From a virus (Duplodnaviria > Caudoviricetes): a DNA stretch of 59,441 nt. The stretch lies in IMG/VR virus record IMGVR_UViG_3300030104_000577, positions 1 to 59,441 of that record. One strand, written 5' to 3'. The translations under genes and the position numbers were made by a program. The notes beneath the pieces are model-generated. The model was not told where the DNA came from and made no database searches. It saw only the letters and a program-made list of their open reading frames with translations. This document shows positions 1 to 9,727 of this stretch, piece by piece (the stretch's first letter is position 1; every line of letters starts with the position of its first letter).

Positions 1-119
1 AGAGTTCCTGACACAGCGTTTGTTGCTATGTGAACAGCTGTAATAGCGTTATCCGCAATAAGTGTTCCCTGTATCGCGTTTACTGCTACTAGTTCTGAAG
101 GTACTGTTGTATTTGCCAT
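1..119 (-). CDS. Tail fibre-like virion protein, N-terminal part (runs off window)
   Basis: ATG at 119 after GGGGAA RBS; reads MANTTVPSELVAVNAIQGTLIADNAITAVHIATNAVSG with short repeats typical of fibre proteins; follows the tail fibre gene. Confidence 0.6.
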   Translation of the reverse strand, partial: MANTTVPSELVAVNAIQGTLIADNAITAVHIATNAVSGT

Positions 120-122
120 TCT

Positions 123-2546
123 TTATTCCCCTTTTAGTTTTTCTATTTCTGCTGAAAGTTCTTGGATTGCTTTTACTAGCATTGGTATAACTGCTGTTTC
201 ACCAACTCTTTGTTGTCCAGCAGGATCATCGTCGTCCCACATACTAAAACCATCTTTAATATCGCTGTGTTTATCAATAGCTGCTTTAACTTCTTGAGCT
301 ATAAAGCCGTGTTGAGATTTAGAGTTTTTATAAACTTCTGTAGAGTCTTTTTCATAACCTCTAAAGTTTTCAGGTAGATCACCTTTATTTCTATAATTAA
401 AAGTTACTGGTCGAAGATCGTTGATAAAAGCTAAACCTACAGTAGAGTCTTCAATATCTTTCTTAACTCTTTCATCTGATACTTCTGCCCAAGATGTACT
501 TCCGTGTCCTGTCCGAATATCAGAAGCACCTTGACCTATAGTTGTGTAGTTGTCTTGGCACGAAAGATTTAATCCAAAACCATTAGCATTACTACTACCT
601 GCTGATGTTGTAAGAACGTTAGCACCAACTAATGTATTAGATGAGCCTGTTGTTGTCGTATCTCCAGCATCATCTCCAATATATGTGTTTGAACTGCCTG
701 TGGTGTTTGCGTATCCAGCACCAATACCAACTGCCACATTATTTGCACCTGAAGTATTTAAACCTAGTGAAGCATTACCTACAGCAACATTCAAAGTACC
801 AGTAGTATTAATATACATAGCACCTTGCCCTATAGCCACATTATTTGCACCTGTGGTAGTAAAAAACAGACTAGCATGTCCAAGAGCTGTGTTAGCACCA
901 GCAGTAGTATTATTATAAAGCGCCCTGTAACCAAGTGCTGTGTTTTCAGATCCAGTAGTATTGTCAGTTAATGCCTCTGCACCAAAAGCTGCATTTTGAT
1001 TTCCAGTAGTGTTTGCATCTGCAGCGGCAGAACCCATCGCAGTATTTTTAGCACCAGTTGTATTTGCACCTAAAGCATAATAACCTACTGCTGTATTTTC
1101 TTGTGATGTAGTGCTTAATCTTAAACATTCATAACCAAGTGCAGTATTGTAATTTCCAGTAGTATTTGTTCTTAAAGCACCTGAACCGACTGCTGTGTTT
1201 TCAGTACCTGTTGTATTTTCTGTTAAAGCAGTTGAACCGACTGCTGTGTTGTTAGCTGCTGTGGTATTCTCGCTTAAAGCTCCGTAACCTATTCCTGTAT
1301 TTGTTGATCCAGTTGTATTTTTTCCTAAAGAGCTATAACCCATTGCCGTGTTATTTGAGCCAGTTGTATTTGCATCCATGGAAATTGCACCAACTGCCAC
1401 ATTATCTGTACCTGTTGTGTTTACTGTTAAAGCAAAATAACCAACTGCTGTGTTATCATCTGCTGTTGTGTTAGATCCTAAAGCACTTTGACCAATAGCA
1501 ACGTTATTTTCTCCTGTAGTATTAGCATCTAAAGAATAAGAACCTACTGCTACATTTTTAATACCTGTTGAAATTAATTTTCCAGAATTATAGCCAATAG
1601 TGACATTTTTCTCACCTGTGGTTATTGCTTCTCCAGCACCTCTTCCAAGAGCAGTATTTTTAGTACCTGTGGTAATTGCTGCACCCGAATTAAACCCAAC
1701 AACTGTATTATCATCACCAGATGTTAAAGCTGCAAAAACATCAACACCTAAACCAGTATTGTTGTTAGCAGCGTCTATAGTTCCTGTAGCATTGTCTCCA
1801 AGCATAATTGAAGAAGTACCAAATGCTTTATAATTTAATGCTGAACCATTAATAGTTAGTGCATCAGTTTCTAAAGTTCCATCGATGTCTGCATCACCTG
1901 AAATATCTAAAGCTGTACCAATAAGTGTTTGTGTAAATGTTACTTGCCCATTAGAAGCAATAGTTATAGCATCTACGTCTGAAGCAGAACCAATTGTTTT
2001 GCCATCACCAATAATCAAATCATCAGTTAGTGTAACTATACCTGTAACACCTAAAGTGCCACCTATAGTCGCATCATCTGTAACTGTTAGATCATCTTGT
2101 ACTTTTAAATCTACTACGTTTAAACTGGCAAAAGCATCAACAACCGCAGCTCCTGAACCAGCACCATCTAGGTAAACTGCTTTAGTATCACCAGCAGGTA
2201 TGGTTACATTTGCCCCACTACCTTGTGAAATAATAATGTTTTGCGAACCACTTGTGCCATTCTCAATAAAGTGCAAACGACTAAGTGTGTTTGGTGCTAT
2301 TGTAATAGTACAAGCTGAATCGAGTGTTCCAGTGTATTTAATATAGATTGACCTAGCAGGGTCTGTTGCACCATCAGCTACAGTTGAAGTGTGTGTGTCT
2401 GCATTTGTTGTTATTGCTTCTGTACCAAAACTTAATCCTTCTGCAATAAGCTCTAAGTTGGTATTTGTTGTTGTACCCCACGTTCCTGACGCATCACCTG
2501 TCGCCATTTCGTTGAGTCTTAAATCATTTACATATGTACTTGCCAT
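123..2546 (-). CDS. Tail fibre/receptor-binding protein with 14-aa beta-roll repeats and C-terminal intramolecular chaperone (peptidase S74-like)
   Basis: Many NTAxGxxALxxNTTG repeats; C-terminal SDERVKKDI...GFIAQEV...LVKAIQEL chaperone signature. Confidence 0.85.
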   Translation of the reverse strand: MASTYVNDLRLNEMATGDASGTWGTTTNTNLELIAEGLSFGTEAITTNADTHTSTVADGATDPARSIYIKYTGTLDSACTITIAPNTLSRLHFIENGTSGSQNIIISQGSGANVTIPAGDTKAVYLDGAGSGAAVVDAFASLNVVDLKVQDDLTVTDDATIGGTLGVTGIVTLTDDLIIGDGKTIGSASDVDAITIASNGQVTFTQTLIGTALDISGDADIDGTLETDALTINGSALNYKAFGTSSIMLGDNATGTIDAANNNTGLGVDVFAALTSGDDNTVVGFNSGAAITTGTKNTALGRGAGEAITTGEKNVTIGYNSGKLISTGIKNVAVGSYSLDANTTGENNVAIGQSALGSNTTADDNTAVGYFALTVNTTGTDNVAVGAISMDANTTGSNNTAMGYSSLGKNTTGSTNTGIGYGALSENTTAANNTAVGSTALTENTTGTENTAVGSGALRTNTTGNYNTALGYECLRLSTTSQENTAVGYYALGANTTGAKNTAMGSAAADANTTGNQNAAFGAEALTDNTTGSENTALGYRALYNNTTAGANTALGHASLFFTTTGANNVAIGQGAMYINTTGTLNVAVGNASLGLNTSGANNVAVGIGAGYANTTGSSNTYIGDDAGDTTTTGSSNTLVGANVLTTSAGSSNANGFGLNLSCQDNYTTIGQGASDIRTGHGSTSWAEVSDERVKKDIEDSTVGLAFINDLRPVTFNYRNKGDLPENFRGYEKDSTEVYKNSKSQHGFIAQEVKAAIDKHSDIKDGFSMWDDDDPAGQQRVGETAVIPMLVKAIQELSAEIEKLKGE

Positions 2547-2599
2547 TTTTTAGTCCCTCGATTAACCTTTTAAGATTATACTACTATTTTAAACAATTG

Positions 2600-3496
2600 T
2601 TAAGCTACTTCTTCCCAATTAGGGTTTTGATCATCGTTAACAGAAGACCAACTAGGTGTTTGACTATCATTTACTCCTGTCCAGCTTGGATCTTGACTAT
2701 CATCTATTAACCCCCAAACATTCACCGAAGGAACTCCTGCTGTGCCTTCTAGTCCTGTTAAAGTTACTGTTGCTTTAGATATTGTTGTTACTGTTCCTAA
2801 AGATGCTGTGGCTGATTGTTCTGTAACATGAACTGTCATGCCCAAAGCTATCGATACAGTACCTAATGCACTTGTTGCTGCCTGTCCTGTTGAAGTTACA
2901 TTTGCTTTACCTACAGTTGTTACTGTTCCTAGAGATGTTGTAGCCGAAACACTAGAAATATCTACATCCGCTTTAGCAACAGGAGTAACTGTACCTAATG
3001 CACTTGTTGCTGCTAATCCAGAAACTGTAACTTGTGCGTTGTGGTGAACTGTGACAGATCCAAGACTTGCTGTTACACTTAACCCTGTTACAGAGACATT
3101 AGCCTCACCATCTACATCTACAGAAACCGAACCAACTGTTCCAACAGCACTCGGTAAAACAGCAACAGCATCACCATTAACACCAACTCCAGAAACTGTT
3201 CCAGTTGCGCTAACTCCTGTTAGTGTTACGTTTGCTACACCTACTACACTTAATGCGCCAACAGCACTTGTGGCTGATTGTCCAGTAGGAACTACATTAG
3301 CTTCTGCAACTATACTTACAGATCCTACAGCAGAAGTAGCAACTAAAGTAGAAGGCGTTGCGTTAGCTCCAGCGTCAACGCTGACAGAACCTAACGCAGA
3401 AGTAGCAGCTACACCAGATATGGTGAAGCTTATAGGTACGGAAGCGGGTTGACCCCAAGGACCATCACCCCAGCCAGCTCGACCCCAGCCTGACAT
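2600..3496 (-). CDS. Virion structural protein with V/T/S/G-rich repeats
   Basis: Repeated VTGxxATxxLGxVTV units, Trp-rich termini, structural module context. Confidence 0.6.
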   Translation of the reverse strand: MSGWGRAGWGDGPWGQPASVPISFTISGVAATSALGSVSVDAGANATPSTLVATSAVGSVSIVAEANVVPTGQSATSAVGALSVVGVANVTLTGVSATGTVSGVGVNGDAVAVLPSAVGTVGSVSVDVDGEANVSVTGLSVTASLGSVTVHHNAQVTVSGLAATSALGTVTPVAKADVDISSVSATTSLGTVTTVGKANVTSTGQAATSALGTVSIALGMTVHVTEQSATASLGTVTTISKATVTLTGLEGTAGVPSVNVWGLIDDSQDPSWTGVNDSQTPSWSSVNDDQNPNWEEVA

Positions 3497-3502
3497 TTTA
3501 GG

Positions 3503-3931
3503 TTAAGCTATTCTAATAATAGCTGTACTTGCTGCTGCCGCAGGGAAGACTATTGTAAAGTCTCCTGCTGTAGAAGTTTTATCTCCACCAAAATCAATGG
3601 TTGCTACAGATACATCAGAATTTGTATCATTATAAATTAAGCATCCTCTGGCGGTAACAGTAGCTGTACCAAATGTTAAATCTGCAAAATCGGTAAAACC
3701 TGTTGTTCCACCAGAAGTAGGGTTTATATTAGTCAGAGCTGCACCGCCAGCTGTGTAATTAGTACCAGTAACTTGATTAGTGGTGGTATATGCTGTTGTT
3801 GCTGCACCCATAGTAGCAGAACTTGTGTAGAGAGCTAGTTTAAAAGAGTTGCCTCCAGAAGCTAAAAAATTATGTTTTGCTTCTAATAGTTCCTTTTTAA
3901 AACTTGTAGTTAATGTTGATGTTATAGCCAT
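3503..3931 (-). CDS. Virion structural protein
   Basis: FKLALYTS motif, beta-rich T/A/G composition, context. Confidence 0.6.
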   Translation of the reverse strand: MAITSTLTTSFKKELLEAKHNFLASGGNSFKLALYTSSATMGAATTAYTTTNQVTGTNYTAGGAALTNINPTSGGTTGFTDFADLTFGTATVTARGCLIYNDTNSDVSVATIDFGGDKTSTAGDFTIVFPAAAASTAIIRIA

Positions 3932-3932
3932 T

Positions 3933-4226
3933 TTATTTTAACTCCGTAAGTATTTTAGCTAAATTTTCGTGTCCTTGTTTTATTAAAACATTTTTCATAG
4001 TGCATCTTTCACTATTGATGCCCTGTTTAATATAATAAAGTATTGTGTTGTAAATAGCTACTCTAAATGCTTCTGCTTGTTGTCGAACGTGACCTTCTGC
4101 TTCTTGAGATATACCGCATATTCTATCAGTTGCTCGTTCAGCCCAATATTCAGGAGGGTGACCTCTATATTTTTGTGTATCTACTGTTAATGATCCTAGT
4201 GTTGAAACTGTATCTATCTCTATCAT
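3933..4226 (-). CDS. Hypothetical protein
   Basis: Tightly packed ORF in operon. Confidence 0.6.
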   Translation of the reverse strand: MIEIDTVSTLGSLTVDTQKYRGHPPEYWAERATDRICGISQEAEGHVRQQAEAFRVAIYNTILYYIKQGINSERCTMKNVLIKQGHENLAKILTELK

Positions 4227-4227
4227 A

Positions 4228-4962
4228 CTAATACCTTTTTGCTTCTGGTGGCGTGTTTAATACTGGTACGATTTCACCGTTCCTCAATTCTTCTTCTTTT
4301 GCGGACATATAATCGTTATAACTAACTTCATAAAACTCCTTAGTTTTTGGGTCAATCATCACTAATGGTGGGTTATCTAACCTATGATATCCGTATATTT
4401 TATCTTTTAACGGTACGTCTGTATCTAGTAAACCAGAACGAGGAGCTACACTGACCACCATTCCTGCAGTTATGCATTTAGATAACCAAAACTCTACGCA
4501 AGCTCTCCCTGCTTCTGCAAAGTGTAAATTACCTTTATAGGTAAAATCTACTCCAAACATATTTAACCTACCTACTCTATTATATAAAGCAAAAGCAATA
4601 GCAAAACAAACTGTGTTATTTAAGTAATTAGATCCTGTTTCTTTTACAACATCAAGTAAAGGAAACTCTACTAAGTTATCACATCTCTCATCTAATTCAC
4701 ATGTGTATATAGGTCCAGGATGAGATTTTAACACTTTGCACATTAGGTGTGTTTGGCTTCCTGCAGCATCACTGTCTAAAAATCTGGTAGGTGGGTCTAA
4801 CATAAATGTTCTATCGACTTGTCTAGCTATTCCCGCCATTGCGTTTATTGCCCAAACTTCGTCGTATTCGTGTCCATGTGAAACAGATAAATGATAGTCT
4901 AACTGACTCTCGCCCATAGCGACGATGGCGACATTCGCCCCGTCCAATGTCTGTATTTTCAT
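4228..4962 (-). CDS. Hypothetical protein, possible sialyltransferase/Maf-like Rossmann fold
   Basis: VAIVAMG-S, EVWAIN and FGVDF motifs resemble GT29/Maf-type folds; function uncertain. Confidence 0.4.
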   Translation of the reverse strand: MKIQTLDGANVAIVAMGESQLDYHLSVSHGHEYDEVWAINAMAGIARQVDRTFMLDPPTRFLDSDAAGSQTHLMCKVLKSHPGPIYTCELDERCDNLVEFPLLDVVKETGSNYLNNTVCFAIAFALYNRVGRLNMFGVDFTYKGNLHFAEAGRACVEFWLSKCITAGMVVSVAPRSGLLDTDVPLKDKIYGYHRLDNPPLVMIDPKTKEFYEVSYNDYMSAKEEELRNGEIVPVLNTPPEAKRY

Positions 4963-5609
4963 GCCTGTGGTGTTCTCCTTACTTGGTCGTATCTATATTG
5001 ATCTCGGGTGGATTTACCTTCCCCAAGGTTTTTCATTAAGGCGAGTGCCTCTTGAAATCTGGTTTCATAGATCGGTGATGTCTCATAATTCTTTAAATAC
5101 ATCATGGCTTCTGCTAAACTACCATACAACATTGCATTAGGAGCATTGGTAGATAACCAAGTTGTACCAGAATCACCTGCCGAAGTAAGGGATGAGGGTC
5201 TATAAAAATAATGTAACTCAAAAGTAAAATTAGTAGATGGCGTTGGTGCCAATATAAAAGTATCATCATCAAACTCTGCGTAATACTTTGGTGTCCCTGT
5301 GGTAGCGGATGCAGGTGTATAATCCCGAATAAAACTTGGATGTTTCAGTTTTAAATAGTTGTAGTTAGAAGAACTGTCTATAACCGCTAAACTGAAAGAA
5401 GATAAAAAATCACTAGGTGCGCCTAAGTAAGCAGAACTAGCAGTTGCTGTTCCTGTTACGTTTTTGATAAAATCATCTAACTGTACAGCTTTTAAAATGC
5501 GTTCTTCTGCTGTTTTAATAAAGTCTGGTAAGTGTGTAACAAAAGAAGATTCTGTAGACTCAGCATAATCTTGTATTGCTGTTTTTAGTGTAGCGTATGT
5601 CCAACTCAT
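4959..5609 (-). CDS. Head-tail adaptor / tail tubular protein-like
   Basis: TYATLKTAI..., GTPKYY, LAPTP, TWLS...YGSL pattern typical of podoviral adaptor proteins. Confidence 0.6.
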   Translation of the reverse strand: MSWTYATLKTAIQDYAESTESSFVTHLPDFIKTAEERILKAVQLDDFIKNVTGTATASSAYLGAPSDFLSSFSLAVIDSSSNYNYLKLKHPSFIRDYTPASATTGTPKYYAEFDDDTFILAPTPSTNFTFELHYFYRPSSLTSAGDSGTTWLSTNAPNAMLYGSLAEAMMYLKNYETSPIYETRFQEALALMKNLGEGKSTRDQYRYDQVRRTPQA

Positions 5610-5613
5610 AATA

Positions 5614-5976
5614 TTATCCTGTTGTAACTGTTACTTCTCCAACCTCTCCAACTAAACTATCTGTAAAAAAACTTGATCCTATCGTGTCGTTATGAGATAT
5701 AAACATAGAAGGAGCGGTAACTCCTAAACTGTTTTTAGTGTTTTCTGTTTTTACTACCCCATAACCTGTTGTAGGAGCAGACTCAGTTCCTCTAGGTTGT
5801 ATAAGAGCTTCTGGGTCTGTAGGTGTTGTGATAGGTTCTAACTGTGGGTGTTTGGGTTCAAAACATGTACTGCAAACTTTCAAACCATTCCACTCTTTTC
5901 TCAATTGTAAGTATTTATATACAAAACCGCACCTATCACACTGAGCTTGAGAATATTTACCAACTGCATACCCCAT
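5614..5976 (-). CDS. Hypothetical Zn-binding morphogenesis protein
   Basis: CDRCGF...VCSTCFEPKHPQ motif. Confidence 0.6.
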   Translation of the reverse strand: MGYAVGKYSQAQCDRCGFVYKYLQLRKEWNGLKVCSTCFEPKHPQLEPITTPTDPEALIQPRGTESAPTTGYGVVKTENTKNSLGVTAPSMFISHNDTIGSSFFTDSLVGEVGEVTVTTG

Positions 5977-6650
5977 TATAAATAACTCCTACGCGGAACT
6001 AGATGTAGAGAAACTCTACCTCTATCCTCATCTGCTGCAAGTTTAAAATCTTGTTCATACTGTTGTTTCAGTAAAGGTACTCTTTCTGGGTTTCTTTTCA
6101 TTGCTATGTAGTATGCTAAACCACTAGCCATACAAGGCATAAACCTTGAAGGTACTTCTGGGTCTTGAGCGGAAGCAGATACATCGTCTATGCGTTGTAT
6201 AGTGTTTGCTACAAATGAGTATGTTGCTACAGAATCTGGTGTTGGATATAACTTCACTACTGGTGTAGTTTGCCTGTCTAAAAAATATTGAGTTGGTCTT
6301 CCAGTAGAATCCTTGTCGGGTATGTTTAAATATTCTGTTCTTCCTATACGAGTAATTTGTAGATCTGTTGTAGTGCTATTGTCTACTTGTCGTATGATAG
6401 CGGAAACTATATCTATGTCATATGCGTTTAAAGTATAACTATTAGTTCCTGACGTTAAACTTGTTGTAACTTGATCTATCGTCCAGAGGTTTACACCTCT
6501 GTTAGACCAATCGGCGAACATAATATTTAATGATCGCCGAGCAGTCTCTGCATCATAACCTGTTCTAAGTTCTAAACCAGCTAACTCGTATGCTTCCTCT
6601 ATTGTGTCCGCAATCGTTAACTGAAAAGTTTTAGTGCCCGAAGTCGCCAT
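5976..6650 (-). CDS. Head-tail adaptor / tail tubular protein A-like
   Basis: ARRSLNIMFADWSNRG, GRPTQYF, LYPTPD motifs; position after capsid genes. Confidence 0.6.
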   Translation of the reverse strand: MATSGTKTFQLTIADTIEEAYELAGLELRTGYDAETARRSLNIMFADWSNRGVNLWTIDQVTTSLTSGTNSYTLNAYDIDIVSAIIRQVDNSTTTDLQITRIGRTEYLNIPDKDSTGRPTQYFLDRQTTPVVKLYPTPDSVATYSFVANTIQRIDDVSASAQDPEVPSRFMPCMASGLAYYIAMKRNPERVPLLKQQYEQDFKLAADEDRGRVSLHLVPRRSYL

Positions 6651-7057
6651 TAAAATTCTTTAATTACTGTTAAAACAATAACATAAGAATCTGCACTCGC
6701 ATGACCTGTGGTTGTTAGTTTGATGTCTCCTGTTTTTCCACTAGAAGCAGCGGTGTTCTGCAAACCACCCATGTATGAAAAATCTACATCGTCACTATAA
6801 TCAGAATTTAAATCCCAACAAATCGTGTTTGTATCAGCGTTCCACAAAAGTTTTACGCTCATACCAAATGTTGAGTAATTAATCTTTTCTACTTTACAAC
6901 CTGTACATGCTGCACCATCTGTACTTCTTGCAGCTAAAGCACTTACGTCTATTTTAGTTACTGCTGCTTCGCCTGTTCCATCGGATGTGTTAGTTAACTG
7001 TATAACAGCTTTTCTATCATCATCTACGATAGTTGTTGAAGTTACTGCATCTGCCAT
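6650..7057 (-). CDS. Virion structural protein
   Basis: GGAGG RBS, beta-rich, context. Confidence 0.6.
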   Translation of the reverse strand: MADAVTSTTIVDDDRKAVIQLTNTSDGTGEAAVTKIDVSALAARSTDGAACTGCKVEKINYSTFGMSVKLLWNADTNTICWDLNSDYSDDVDFSYMGGLQNTAASSGKTGDIKLTTTGHASADSYVIVLTVIKEF

Positions 7058-7070
7058 ATGTCACCTCCGA

Positions 7071-7577
7071 TTAAGCGTCAGCGAATGGAGTTACTAGAGT
7101 TCCTGAACCAAGTATTAATCCTTCTACCGCATATTTAGCAGAAGCTATTGCAGTGCATCTCACAATACTACCAGCTAGTCCACCTTTAGTTGATCCATTC
7201 ATGGTGATAACATCGTTACTTGCACCAGAAATAAAAGTTTTACCTGTCGCATCAGTTACACCAGTGTAAGTACCACCAACAAATTTATCTGTGCCGTCGG
7301 TTAAAATATCCATGTCTGTTGCTGCAGTAACTACTACAAATGTAAAAACAGCACCTAAATTGTTAGTTTGACTCGGATCGTCATCACGTCCTGGAGCAGT
7401 AGCAACAATAGTAGGTAAGGTAAATTTACCGTCTGCGTCGTTAGTTAAAAGAACTTTACCTGCGTGTGCTGCAACAGTTAGAGTTGTATCAGCAGTAAGA
7501 CTAACTACGTTAGCATTACCTGCTGCTATGAATCCAGCGAGTGACCTAACTGGACCTGAAAATGTTGATTTTGCCAT
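7071..7577 (-). CDS. Virion structural protein (possible head fibre/decoration)
   Basis: AGGAGG RBS, STFSGPV N-terminus, downstream of MCP. Confidence 0.6.
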   Translation of the reverse strand: MAKSTFSGPVRSLAGFIAAGNANVVSLTADTTLTVAAHAGKVLLTNDADGKFTLPTIVATAPGRDDDPSQTNNLGAVFTFVVVTAATDMDILTDGTDKFVGGTYTGVTDATGKTFISGASNDVITMNGSTKGGLAGSIVRCTAIASAKYAVEGLILGSGTLVTPFADA

Positions 7578-7601
7578 TTTATTCCCTCCTATGAGAATAA
7601 T

Positions 7602-7657
7602 AATTCACCGTCTTGGCTTGTCTGCTAGGTCAGTCGGTGAGTAAAAGTTATCCTAGT
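7602..7657 (-). ncRNA. Structured RNA element downstream of major capsid gene (Mu-gpT-DE-like motif)
   Basis: Minus strand CUAGG...UCACCG-ACUGACCUAGCAGACAAGCCAAGA-CGGUGA: stem plus potential CUAGG/CCUAG pseudoknot; position matches the described Mu-gpT downstream element; family identity not verified by search. Confidence 0.55.
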
Positions 7658-7682
7658 AATTTAATCATATATTATTAAACAT

Positions 7683-7712
7683 AAAAAAGAAAGGGATCCG
7701 AAGACCCCTTTC
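7683..7712 (-). terminator. Rho-independent terminator after MCP
   Basis: GAAAGGGGUC-UUCG-GAUCCCUUUC followed by U-tract. Confidence 0.85.
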
Positions 7713-7734
7713 AACATTCCAGATTGTTTTTAGC

Positions 7735-8643
7735 TTATGCGCCTGGAGATCCGTAGATTCCGCGCCAATCACTAAACCCGAAGGAATATCTCTCACGAGC
7801 TTTGTAACGAACGTTACCAGTTTCAAAATCGCCTTCCATACCTGTTGCCATGGCTGCTCTTTCAAAATGTTTCAAACCGTTAGGTGCATCTGTCTTAATG
7901 AAAAATGCATCTGTGTCGGTTAAGTAATGGTTCACTACGTATCCTTCTGGCAACATCCCCATGTTTTTCATAGCGTTGATGTCGTTATCAGAAGTAGATA
8001 CTCTTCCTGGAGAGTTTAAGATCCTATCTGCCACAAATTGTAGTTGTGGTGGTATGATCAGTTTTCTAGCTTGCACATTAACTTTAATACCTCTTTCATC
8101 TTTATATGATGAGATATCAATTAAAGCATTTTCTAACGAAGTTTCGTTAAGATCTGCTGCTGTGCTTGGCTCATTAGACTGGTCACCTGCTGTCAATGTT
8201 GGGTGATCAGTTGTCATGAGAGGTTTACCATCGCCTCCTGGAAAGGAAGTAGAGAAACCATTGTTAAGCACATTTGCTGCTTTAACTTGTTTAGTGGTCG
8301 CCATTGACCTAGCCAATGCTCTTGTGTATCTAGATGAAAGCGTATCGTAGAGGTTATCTTCGATTGCTTCTTCTGTCAACGCAAATGCGAGGGCTACTGT
8401 TTCATGAGTGTAACGAGATGTGAAGGTCTCTTGCGCTGCATCATAAGTTACTGCTGCACCTTCTCCTTTAACTGGAGCTTGTGCGAAACCTGATAACATC
8501 ACTTCTTCTTCAAATGCTCTGTCTGAATTTTCAGTATCAAAAATTTCAGAGTGCTCATTCTCGTAACGGTTGTACTCGAGACCAAAAAGTGCATTTAGTC
8601 CTGGCTCGAGTTCTTTTACTAATTGCGCTCTATTAATCGCCAT
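7735..8643 (-). CDS. Major capsid protein (Mu gpT-like family)
   Basis: MAINRAQLVKELEPGLNALFG start, ARERYSFG...DWRG end; 302 aa; followed by strong terminator. Confidence 0.85.
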   Translation of the reverse strand: MAINRAQLVKELEPGLNALFGLEYNRYENEHSEIFDTENSDRAFEEEVMLSGFAQAPVKGEGAAVTYDAAQETFTSRYTHETVALAFALTEEAIEDNLYDTLSSRYTRALARSMATTKQVKAANVLNNGFSTSFPGGDGKPLMTTDHPTLTAGDQSNEPSTAADLNETSLENALIDISSYKDERGIKVNVQARKLIIPPQLQFVADRILNSPGRVSTSDNDINAMKNMGMLPEGYVVNHYLTDTDAFFIKTDAPNGLKHFERAAMATGMEGDFETGNVRYKARERYSFGFSDWRGIYGSPGA

Positions 8644-8656
8644 TTTAAATTACCTT

Positions 8657-9196
8657 TTAGTTATTGCCGAATACAGAAGCTGGGAATATTACATACATTC
8701 TAGCGTATTGACCGATTGAGTTGTCGGGTCTATCTACAAACCCCACTACTGTCGCGATCCCACTAGAAGTAGTAGCTGTCACTGCTTCTTTTGATCGACC
8801 TGTTGAAGAATCACCTGCTGTTGTTGTGATAGTGTTTGTAGTACCAACCGTTGCTTGTGTTGGAGTTGCAGATCCCTGCGCCTCGTACACAATATCAGGG
8901 TCGGCATATACATACGCTTTCGCATCAGCAGATCCGAGGGTAGCTGTGTCGGCTGTCCACATTTTCGAAAAAACGATAGAGCCGTCAGTAGCTGTATATT
9001 CTACACCTGCGAATACACCTAGAGGAGTACCAGTCGCTGTTCCTTGAATAACGTAACCACTAGATAGATTAACTACATCACCACTAAAGATAGATGCGTT
9101 AGTCGCACTTGCGATTGCGAATTCTGAAGGTCTTATAGTACCGCCAGACATATGATAAGCAGGAGTAAAACCGTTTGGACTATTAACATTTGCCAT
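8657..9196 (-). CDS. Capsid decoration/minor capsid protein
   Basis: MANxxxPNGFxP, IFSGDVV, GVFAG, DPDIVYEAQ motifs; directly upstream of MCP. Confidence 0.6.
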   Translation of the reverse strand: MANVNSPNGFTPAYHMSGGTIRPSEFAIASATNASIFSGDVVNLSSGYVIQGTATGTPLGVFAGVEYTATDGSIVFSKMWTADTATLGSADAKAYVYADPDIVYEAQGSATPTQATVGTTNTITTTAGDSSTGRSKEAVTATTSSGIATVVGFVDRPDNSIGQYARMYVIFPASVFGNN

Positions 9197-9237
9197 TGTA
9201 TTTTACCTTTTCGTCATATTGAAAAAAATAATGATTC

Positions 9238-9717
9238 CTAAGAATCATTTCCTTTACCAAATGTGACTTGAGACTTTCTATTAGGGTTACTAATAGGCAT
9301 TCTACTGTCACTTTCTCGCATAAGATTGTTATCAACAGCCTGCATTTGGTCAGCAGCTTGTCGATCATAATATTCTCGTCTTTGATCAACGAGTTCTTGA
9401 GGCATCTTTGCAAGTATCAATCCTCCCACTCCGATTACGCCAGCGTGTTTACCATCATCAACAGTTGGTGCTTCAAACTCAGGATGGTCTTCTGCTCTCA
9501 CAGGTTCCCAACCTTCACGAATACGTTTTGACATATTCGCTTTGTCGTCTTGACCTACCATTGATTCTCGTAACCACCTGTATACATATCCGTCTGGAGG
9601 TGTTGGTGCGTCTAATAAAGACGGTGGTTGCCATGTCTTGGTACGAGACTTTTTCTCTCGACTGTCTGCAGATCGAGGAGATCGATCTGTTACGGTATTA
9701 CTATTTTTGTCTACCAT
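9238..9717 (-). CDS. Conserved head-module hypothetical protein
   Basis: Start taken at MVDKN after AAGGAG RBS; YRWLR, EGWEPV, GGLILAK motifs. Confidence 0.6.
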   Translation of the reverse strand: MVDKNSNTVTDRSPRSADSREKKSRTKTWQPPSLLDAPTPPDGYVYRWLRESMVGQDDKANMSKRIREGWEPVRAEDHPEFEAPTVDDGKHAGVIGVGGLILAKMPQELVDQRREYYDRQAADQMQAVDNNLMRESDSRMPISNPNRKSQVTFGKGNDS

Positions 9718-9727
9718 TTTAACTCCT

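Noticed and set aside
550-3452. Plus-strand ORFs antisense to tail and virion genes (and similar ones across the window)
   Set aside because: Shadow frames of repetitive, codon-biased minus-strand genes, with no RBS or motifs.
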